Position numbers and translations under genes: made by a program. Of a stretch of 64,000 nt of DNA, positions 57,128 to 64,000 are shown piece by piece; position 1 is the stretch's first letter; each line of letters begins with the position of its first letter. Source of the DNA: Armatimonadia bacterium (GTDB lineage: Bacteria; Armatimonadota; Zipacnadia; Zipacnadales; UBA11051); NCBI GenBank assembly GCA_039683575.1, contig JBDKRC010000302.1, positions 1-64,000 on the forward strand. The letters are read 5' to 3'. The notes beneath the pieces were generated by a model. The model had not been told where the DNA came from. It ran no database searches and saw nothing but the letters and a program-made list of their open reading frames with translations.

Positions 57128-59518
57128 ATGCACAACCTGATTGTGGCGGCTTTGCTCTACACCGGCACCTTTTCCGGCGTCACTGTGGACAACATCATGG
57201 ACCGCCCGCTGGTAGGACGGGAGATGGTGGTACAGGCCGAGGGGCGCCAGATTGGGCAGTATGCTACTGGTCTGACCTTCGAGGAGCGCGAGGGCCAGGT
57301 CGTGGGAGTTCCAGGCAAAGAGTTCAAGCTTACGCTTGAGCCTGAGTTGACGGCTGGCAACTACGAGATCTCGTTCACGGCCTCGGCTCCCGATCAAGGT
57401 AGCGACTCGTTTTGGGTCGCAATTGACGGCAAGCGCCTGAATCCCTCGCTGACGCTTCCTGTGAACAGGCTGGCCCCCGCCGTCGCTGGCTTCTGTCTGG
57501 CGCAGGCTGCCAAGCCCCACATCGAAATCTCTCTGCGCGAAAGCCCCGGCGCGGTCTTCACCAGCTTCCATCTGGCGCGCGTCAGGATGAAGCCCGCGCA
57601 GCCCGCGCTGCGGCCCGAACTCGCGGGGAAGCACCCACGGCTGCTCTTCACCGCCGCCGACCTCCCGCGCCTCCGCGCTCGCCTCGACGATCCGCGCGTG
57701 CAGGCCTACTACAAGCTGCCGGAGGTACTGACCCGCAAGCCCGCCGCCTATCGCCCCGGCGCACGCAACGGCAGCGCCTTCCGCACCCTCGGCAATCAGG
57801 CCCTTGGCCATCTGCTCAAACCCGATCCGGCGCAACTGCAGGCCGTCATCACCTGGCTCGACAACGCCACACAATATGGCTCTGTCGGGGCGGACCTCGA
57901 TGCCGAGTACTACATGGAGGGCGTGGCGCTGGCGTATGACTGGCTCTATGACGAACTGCCACCGGACCTGCGGGACCGGGTGCGCAAGACCATCGGCGAC
58001 AAGTGTCGGGAGATCTACACGCTGTCGTTAGGCGGCCAGCAGGGAGGCGGCTACGAGTACCAGCAGAATCATTACTGGTATGCCCACCTCGCTCTGGCGC
58101 TGGGGGCGGCGGCAATCTACGGCGAGGAGCCGGAGGCAGCGGACTGGCTGGCGTGGGCCTGGGACCGGTTTGAGCGGGTTGCGATGACCTTCGGCCCGGA
58201 CGGTGGCTTCCATGAGGGCCCCGGCTACTGGGACTTCTCGATGCCGACGCTGTACTTGTACCTGGACCTCTACGAGTGGTGTACAGGCCTGAAATGCACC
58301 GCCGCCGACAAGGGCCTGGCGGGCCAGTTCGAGTTCCGCTTCCGCCATCTCTACCCGGGCCTTGGGCTCAGCGCCGATCTCGAAGACAGCAGCCCCACAA
58401 TCGGCGCCCCATGGACGGCGCTGGGCTTGTGGCAGGCCAAGCGGTTCCATGACCCGATGACGATGGGGCTGGTGAATGACCTCCATCCCGAGCCGGGGTC
58501 ACAGCGCCAGAACCTGCTCTGGCTCGATGAGACCATCGCGCCACAGGACCCGCTCCCGGCCCTCTCCCTCGCGAAACACTACGACGATGTTGAGACGGTC
58601 TTCGCCCGGACCTCCTGGACCGACGAAGGCACCGCGCTCGCCTTCGTCAGCCGCCCCATGGGTGGGCATCAGTACGCCGAGCTATGCAAGCGCTACGGGA
58701 TGACTGGCACCGGGCACAACCATCCTGAGCAAAACCACTTCGTGCTGTTCGGGCGCGGCGAGGTCCTCGCTGCCGATCCCGGCTACACCTATAGCAAGCA
58801 GACCCGCGACCACAACACGGTACTGATCGGGGGCAAGGGCCAGTACGGGGACAACGAGATGTGGCCCCGGCCGAATGCGGGCCGCGCGCATGTTACCGGC
58901 TTCGCCAGTTCTGGCGACCTCACCATCACCGCGGGGGACGCTGTCTCGGCGTACCCCCCTGAATTGGGGCTCACGCGCTTCGACCGCATCGTCGTTCTCG
59001 CAGGCCGAGACCTTGTGGTCGTCCACGATCGCCTGGCGGCGAAGGAGCCGCAGGTCTTCTCCTGGCTCCTGCACCACTTCGGTCAGATTGCACCGGGCGG
59101 AAACTTCTGGAACATCACGCGCGGGAAGGCCCAGCTAACGGTCCTGCCTTTGCTGCCGGCGGGGCTCACCGCCGAGACCAGCACCTATCGCCCACAGTTC
59201 CTACACCCCACGCGGGATCTGACGCCAAAGGTTGACCCCGACATCAGCCTGCTCGAACTGAAGACCATTCCCACGCCCGAAGCGATCTTCCTCGTGCCAC
59301 TGATGATTGGGGACGCGGGAACGCCGGCGCCAGCAGTGGCGAATCTCTCCACCGAGAAGTTCAGTGCGCTAAAGGTCGGGGACGCGGTGGTTGCGTTCAA
59401 CGAAGGTACCGGCGAAATGAGCGTACCGACGCCGTGGAACCAGAGGATCACGACGAAGGCGCGGGCGCTTGTGGCGCGGCTGCAGGGCGGCAAGCACCAG
59501 GTTCTGGAGATGAAGTAG
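57128..59518 (+). CDS. Secreted DUF4962/heparinase II/III-like lyase
   Basis: HPRLLF, ALAYDWLY, QNH, DGGFHEG..Y, GHNHPEQN and HNTVLI motifs. Confidence 0.8.
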   Translation: MHNLIVAALLYTGTFSGVTVDNIMDRPLVGREMVVQAEGRQIGQYATGLTFEEREGQVVGVPGKEFKLTLEPELTAGNYEISFTASAPDQGSDSFWVAIDGKRLNPSLTLPVNRLAPAVAGFCLAQAAKPHIEISLRESPGAVFTSFHLARVRMKPAQPALRPELAGKHPRLLFTAADLPRLRARLDDPRVQAYYKLPEVLTRKPAAYRPGARNGSAFRTLGNQALGHLLKPDPAQLQAVITWLDNATQYGSVGADLDAEYYMEGVALAYDWLYDELPPDLRDRVRKTIGDKCREIYTLSLGGQQGGGYEYQQNHYWYAHLALALGAAAIYGEEPEAADWLAWAWDRFERVAMTFGPDGGFHEGPGYWDFSMPTLYLYLDLYEWCTGLKCTAADKGLAGQFEFRFRHLYPGLGLSADLEDSSPTIGAPWTALGLWQAKRFHDPMTMGLVNDLHPEPGSQRQNLLWLDETIAPQDPLPALSLAKHYDDVETVFARTSWTDEGTALAFVSRPMGGHQYAELCKRYGMTGTGHNHPEQNHFVLFGRGEVLAADPGYTYSKQTRDHNTVLIGGKGQYGDNEMWPRPNAGRAHVTGFASSGDLTITAGDAVSAYPPELGLTRFDRIVVLAGRDLVVVHDRLAAKEPQVFSWLLHHFGQIAPGGNFWNITRGKAQLTVLPLLPAGLTAETSTYRPQFLHPTRDLTPKVDPDISLLELKTIPTPEAIFLVPLMIGDAGTPAPAVANLSTEKFSALKVGDAVVAFNEGTGEMSVPTPWNQRITTKARALVARLQGGKHQVLEMK

Positions 59519-59541
59519 ACGTTCGGCTTTCACGTACAAAG

Positions 59542-59574
59542 AAGCGAGCCGCCTGACTGACAGGCGGCTCGCTT
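59542..59574. terminator. Hairpin between convergent genes (probable terminator)
   Basis: AAGCGAGCCGCCTG-ACTGA-CAGGCGGCTCGCTT, perfect 14-bp stem. Confidence 0.8.
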
Positions 59575-59601
59575 GGGTTCTCGGCGTTGGAGCTTCAGAC
59601 G

Positions 59602-61665
59602 CTACCGCGGCTGGATCGTGCGCTGCTGCTGGAGTTGGTTGCCCTGCAGCGCCCGGATTTGCAGGTTCAGCCCCGCGCCGCGCAGGTTCTGCCAGTTGGC
59701 AGGCTGTAAGACGGCGCGCGTGGCGGCCTGGGTGACGACGCCGGGGAAGGTCACCTGCTGCATGCCCTGGCCCTGCGGCCCCGCGACTTGCAGGTCGAAC
59801 TGCACCGGCAGCGCGCTTTGCACCTCAAGAGCCGAACCATCGACTGCCGGCAGCACACGCAGGCCCTGTGGGCCGAGGTTCTGCAGGTTGAGCAGGTCAA
59901 AGGCGCGATCGCCGATGGCGAGGGATTGGATTACCCGTACCTGCGTGGGACGCAACTGCGCCGGGTTTGGCAGATTCAGCTCGCGCGTGGGTGTGAGGAT
60001 ATTGGCCAGACGGATCTGTCCGGCGCCCTGGAAGTCGGTGGTCATGACCGTGCCCGGCTGGAAGACGCTCAGGTTCTTCAGGCCCCTGCCACGCAGGTCG
60101 AAGGTCAGGCTCTTGCCCTGGGAGTTGCCAAAGATGAAGATCAGCGGGTCGTTCGCCGTCTGCGGCGCACCCGTCAGCGGGATGAACCGCATCGAGTTTG
60201 ATATCCGGTTGGCGGGGGCCAGTTCCGGGGTCCCGTTGGCGGCAAAGAACCTGCGGCCATTCTCATCGGTGATCTGCGTCACTTCAGTCCCTGGTGCCAA
60301 CACGCAAATGGTGGTGCCGTTGGCCACGGCGCCCATGGTGCCGGCAGCCGCCGCCGGCAGATGTGGCGGAGTGAGGCACTCGGCGTAGCTCATGCAGACC
60401 GCCTTGATGTAGCCGCCATAGCTGAAGCTGCTGTTGGTCCAGTTGACATGCGCGAGGCTCTTGTCGGGGCCGCCCGTCTCGGTCTCTGCGTAGGGCGCGT
60501 TGTTGTCGTAGGTGGTCATCTGGTAGTCATTGCCTACGATCTTGGTGCCGTAGGGAACGATGGCATGGCCACCGTTGCCACTCCACATGCCCAGGACCGG
60601 CTTAGGCCCGCTTCCGCCCGTCAGGGAGGCTACGCGGTTGAAGACGTCCTTGTGAGTCTGGCTGTTGTAGTAGGTGTTGATGTAGCTGGCCATCTCTGCG
60701 CTTAACTGGCCGCCCTGGTCCTCCTGGACGGTCTGCTTGGTCTCCGTTGCCCAGGGATAGAACCAGACATAGGTCTGCTTGTTGGCCGGGTTAGTGAACC
60801 AGCTATTCCAGAAGGTCGTAATGCCGCTCTGGCGGTGGCGCAGGCTCGAAACGCTCATGCCGTAGCAGTTACCGCCGCCACCGACACCCTTGTATGCGGA
60901 ATCATACCACGTCTGGGCGGAGGGCTTGTGGGTGCCATTGCCGTACTCCACGGCGGAAGCGCCGAAGAAATCACGGTACATCTGCCATGGGATGGTGGAA
61001 TCGCCGAAGTTGGCGAACTTCCAGCCGTACCAGCCCCGGTATCCGCGAGGGGCGACGACCTTGTAGGGAACCGGGTCGCTGGCGGTCGTACCCTTGTGCG
61101 CGGTCACCTGGATGGTGCTGCCGAGCGCGCTGGAGGCAGGCATCTTGAAAGCGACGCCGTCGGGGAGGAAGTTGTCGTCATACCCGAGCCAATATGACGG
61201 CGTGTCCGCGCCATTGAGCTTGATGGTGACACTGCTGTCGAACAGGACACCATCCGCGACGACCCAGTGGTCGGGGCTCGTGCCTTCGGCAGGCCAGAGA
61301 GTCCAAATGCGGAACTTCAGGAGTTCTCGGTTGACCGGCCGCACCAGGTCTCTCATGTCACGCTGCACCAGGCCTGAGGCTTCGGCGGTCTGAGCCAATC
61401 GGGCACTACTTGCCACCAGAAGCGTATCCTGCAGGTCTAGCGGCAGTCTGCTGAACTGCTGCGTGATCGACTCACGCTTCTTTTGGTCAACATTCCGCTC
61501 CTGCAGAATCCGGCGCAGTTCCTGGAGCCGCGCTTGGTCAGTTAGCGTCAGCCTCGCGACAGGCTGAACCTGCAATTGCTGGCGCTGGACCCCGGCACGG
61601 GGCTGAGCCAGGGCACAGGAAACCATAAGCAAGACCAAAACCGGCAGCACCATGGTCTGTCGCAT
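59602..61665 (-). CDS. Secreted protein with putative papain-like cysteine peptidase domain
   Basis: Signal peptide; FAN..GGNCYGMS..GGHAIVPYG..YDNN (Cys-His-Asp/Asn order); GAGGAG RBS. Confidence 0.6.
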   Translation of the reverse strand: MRQTMVLPVLVLLMVSCALAQPRAGVQRQQLQVQPVARLTLTDQARLQELRRILQERNVDQKKRESITQQFSRLPLDLQDTLLVASSARLAQTAEASGLVQRDMRDLVRPVNRELLKFRIWTLWPAEGTSPDHWVVADGVLFDSSVTIKLNGADTPSYWLGYDDNFLPDGVAFKMPASSALGSTIQVTAHKGTTASDPVPYKVVAPRGYRGWYGWKFANFGDSTIPWQMYRDFFGASAVEYGNGTHKPSAQTWYDSAYKGVGGGGNCYGMSVSSLRHRQSGITTFWNSWFTNPANKQTYVWFYPWATETKQTVQEDQGGQLSAEMASYINTYYNSQTHKDVFNRVASLTGGSGPKPVLGMWSGNGGHAIVPYGTKIVGNDYQMTTYDNNAPYAETETGGPDKSLAHVNWTNSSFSYGGYIKAVCMSYAECLTPPHLPAAAAGTMGAVANGTTICVLAPGTEVTQITDENGRRFFAANGTPELAPANRISNSMRFIPLTGAPQTANDPLIFIFGNSQGKSLTFDLRGRGLKNLSVFQPGTVMTTDFQGAGQIRLANILTPTRELNLPNPAQLRPTQVRVIQSLAIGDRAFDLLNLQNLGPQGLRVLPAVDGSALEVQSALPVQFDLQVAGPQGQGMQQVTFPGVVTQAATRAVLQPANWQNLRGAGLNLQIRALQGNQLQQQRTIQPR

Positions 61666-61748
61666 TGCGTACCTCTCCTCCAGGCGTCTGAGATTGCCAA
61701 CCATAGTAGGTAGTTCCCCGCCTAACAACGCTTTCCCTACCCGAATAG

Positions 61749-62792
61749 TCAGACTTTCCGCAAGACATACAGTGACGGCGCGAGTCCTCCGACACTCAGT
61801 CGCCGCATTGACAGTTGACGGATGTCCTCATACTTTTCCACAAACCTCCGTACGAGGCGCCGTTCGCTGGTCAGGAGCACGATCAGCCCACCAGGCTTGA
61901 GACAGCGACGCATGTGGCCGAGCATCCACGGGTAAAGGCGGCGGTTGAGCTGCTTGCCGCCCACTAGATTGCCCCACGGCGGGTTGCTGATGAAGCGATC
62001 CACCGTCTCATCCCTCAGCGGCAGGCGGCGCGAGTTCGCCTGTAGCAGCAGGGCGGGGATACCGAACGCCTCAAGGTTTTGCCGGGCGATCGCAACCTTC
62101 TCGGCGAACAGGTCAGCGCCAATGAGCGTCACGTCTCGGTCATAGGCGTGCCGCTCGATAAGAATGGTCCCCCCGCCGCAGAGCGGATCCACCACAATCT
62201 GCCCCGGCGCCGGCTCAGAGACGCGGACCATAGCGGCCGCCAGAGTTGGGTTCAGGGTCACTCGTGGATGCACGACCCGCGAGCGCTTGTGCAGAGCAGT
62301 CTCAGACAGACGCACGCCGACAAGGGCCCGGTCCTCCCGTATCTCCAGCAGTACCTCAATCTCGTAGTCCACGAGGTCCACCGGCCACCCGGTCGCAGCG
62401 ATTATCCCTGCTCCAGCGAAACCGGCGGCCTGCTGAGATGTGAACTCATGCGTGCCGGTCCGTTCCGCCGTCACGCGAAAACGTGGCGGTTCCCCCACCG
62501 GCCGCACCCGCCGGACAGCCTCGACGGCGGGCCTGAGATCGGTAGCCGCAAGCGCGGCCTCAAGCTCGTCCAGCCCTTCCACTCCCGGACGTACCCCCTC
62601 AACCTCCCGCATCAATACGATAGCGTTCTCGATGGTCCGCAGCGTCAGGAGCAGGCTGGGATCGCCGTCATAGGACAGGTGTTGACGGCCAAACTCGGAG
62701 AAGAGCAGGCGCGCCCCGGGGAGTCTCTCACGAACCTCCTCGGCCACGATATCCTGCAGGCCACCGATGTGACTAAGATAGTACAGTGCCAC
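61749..62792 (-). CDS. THUMP-domain RNA N2-guanine methyltransferase (Trm14/TrmN-like)
   Basis: THUMP region (FRVT..HEFTS..GWPVDL), VDPLCGGGTILIE and NPPWG; GTG start with GGGAGGG. Confidence 0.85.
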   Translation of the reverse strand: MALYYLSHIGGLQDIVAEEVRERLPGARLLFSEFGRQHLSYDGDPSLLLTLRTIENAIVLMREVEGVRPGVEGLDELEAALAATDLRPAVEAVRRVRPVGEPPRFRVTAERTGTHEFTSQQAAGFAGAGIIAATGWPVDLVDYEIEVLLEIREDRALVGVRLSETALHKRSRVVHPRVTLNPTLAAAMVRVSEPAPGQIVVDPLCGGGTILIERHAYDRDVTLIGADLFAEKVAIARQNLEAFGIPALLLQANSRRLPLRDETVDRFISNPPWGNLVGGKQLNRRLYPWMLGHMRRCLKPGGLIVLLTSERRLVRRFVEKYEDIRQLSMRRLSVGGLAPSLYVLRKV

Positions 62793-62810
62793 ACAACCCT
62801 CCCAGGCGGC

Positions 62811-62847
62811 AGAAAAGAAAGCGCCCGCCTCCGGTGAGACGGGCGCT
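62811..62847 (-). terminator. Rho-independent terminator
   Basis: Minus strand AGCGCCCGTCTC-ACCG-GAGGCGGGCGCT followed by TTCTTTTCT. Confidence 0.8.
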
Positions 62848-62878
62848 GCCGACGACCTCAAGCATATGCTTTCATTCG

Positions 62879-63388
62879 CTACTTCTTGAACTTCACCTCT
62901 GCCGGGGTGTTCTTGTCGCCCGCCTCGGCCGACGCCACGACGACGTCATCATCGTCCACTTCGCGGATAGTGTACCGGTAGCTGCCCAGATCGTTGCCTT
63001 CGCTCGTGGTCAGGACAATCGTGTACACCTGGTTGTCTTCGGCCCGGAAGACCAACTCGGCGCTGTCGCCAAGGCCGCCGTCGTCGTCGCTATCGATCAG
63101 CTTGCCAGCATCGAACAGGTCCTGCAGGTCCTCGAAATTGTAGGCCGCGCCCTCAAACACCTGCACGTATGGGTCCACGTTAGAGCCTGTCATGGTCACG
63201 TGGATGAACCCGTCGCGGGTCGCGCGCACGCGCACCAGGTCGGCACGGCTGTTGTCTGCCAGCAGAATGTCGTTGGTGGTTAGCGTCCCAGAGCGGCTGA
63301 TGTTGATGCGGTCGTGGCCATCACCCCCACAGCCCATCACAAAGAGCACCGGCACCGCCAGCAGCAATAGCCAAACGTAGCGTCTCAT
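62879..63388 (-). CDS. Lipoprotein with PPC-like beta-sandwich domain
   Basis: Lipobox VMG-C; DPYVQVF..DDDGG..Y.I..G.Y pattern; GAGGAGGG RBS. Confidence 0.7.
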   Translation of the reverse strand: MRRYVWLLLLAVPVLFVMGCGGDGHDRINISRSGTLTTNDILLADNSRADLVRVRATRDGFIHVTMTGSNVDPYVQVFEGAAYNFEDLQDLFDAGKLIDSDDDGGLGDSAELVFRAEDNQVYTIVLTTSEGNDLGSYRYTIREVDDDDVVVASAEAGDKNTPAEVKFKK

Positions 63389-63561
63389 CGCACACCCTCC
63401 TCGACTAGTTGATCCGGTACAAGATCCGGCAAGAGAGTAGACGAAGCAGTACCTGAAGAAGTGCAACAAGATGTTGATGAAAATGTAGAAAATTACCGGC
63501 GGCGCAGGAGAAGCCGGTGCGCCACAGGAACATGAGTCGCATCTTACGGGAGGCTAGACCC

Positions 63562-64000
63562 ATGAAACCCGAACTGATGGCTCACCGGGGAAACTCGGCA
63601 CTCGCGCCCGAGAACACCCTCGCCGCCTTCGCCATGGCCCTCAAAACGCCCTCGCAGTGGACTGAACTCGACGTTCATCTCACCGCTGATGGCGAGGTCG
63701 TTGTGATGCATGACGCGACGGTGGATCGGACCACCAACGGCAGCGGCGTGATTGCGGAAATGACCCTCGCTCAGATCAAGGCGCTGGACGCCGGGAGCTG
63801 GTTCGGAGCGGAGTTCACCAATGAGCGGGTGCCGACGCTGGCGGAGGTGGTGGACCTTGTACAGGACCGCATTCGGCTCAACGTGGAGATCAAGTCATCC
63901 GCTGACCCTGAGAGTAGCAGGAAAGTGGTGGAGATCCTCCGGCGTGGGGGAGTGCTGGAGCAGAGCATGATCTCGTCCTTCGGCCTGCAGGCCGTCCTTG
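63562..64000 (+). CDS. Glycerophosphodiester phosphodiesterase, 3'-truncated by the window edge
   Basis: MKPELMAHRGNSALAPENTLAAF..ELDVHLTADG..HDATVDRTT..PTL..NVEIK; absent from the ORF track because it has no stop in the window. Confidence 0.93.
   Translation, partial: MKPELMAHRGNSALAPENTLAAFAMALKTPSQWTELDVHLTADGEVVVMHDATVDRTTNGSGVIAEMTLAQIKALDAGSWFGAEFTNERVPTLAEVVDLVQDRIRLNVEIKSSADPESSRKVVEILRRGGVLEQSMISSFGLQAVL

Overview
GC-rich bacterial chromosomal segment, probably from an anaerobic or facultative Armatimonadota-like organism. This is inferred from the prepilin/DUF1559/H-X9-DG proteins and GCGG lipoboxes, not from a marker gene. In order, the window holds: an exported TPR / M48 protease / transglutaminase-like / PQQ-propeller cluster (1-10.5 kb); a glycosyltransferase cluster with an apparently swapped-in FkbM methyltransferase (10.8-16.3 kb); carbohydrate-active genes (beta-propeller hydrolase, two heparinase II/III-like proteins, a frameshifted SGNH esterase, sulfatase); a heterodimeric ABC exporter; an MFS nucleoside transporter; an SdrD-B repeat surface protein; three H-X9-DG proteins; a beta-CASP nuclease, PRTase, hydrolase and xerD run; and a rex-hydC-hydB-hydA-hydS-phosphatase [FeFe]-hydrogenase operon punctuated by REP-like inverted repeats. 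The most striking candidate is a two-gene module at 17856-18879 (minus strand). It encodes a lipoprotein whose C-terminal half has the motif pattern of Tse6/TNT-type NAD+ glycohydrolase toxins, followed 10 bp later by a small helical protein resembling the Tsi6 immunity protein, suggesting a lipoprotein-delivered NADase toxin-immunity pair. All family calls come from motif recognition by eye; no searches were run. No rRNA, tRNA, CRISPR array or transposase was recognised.
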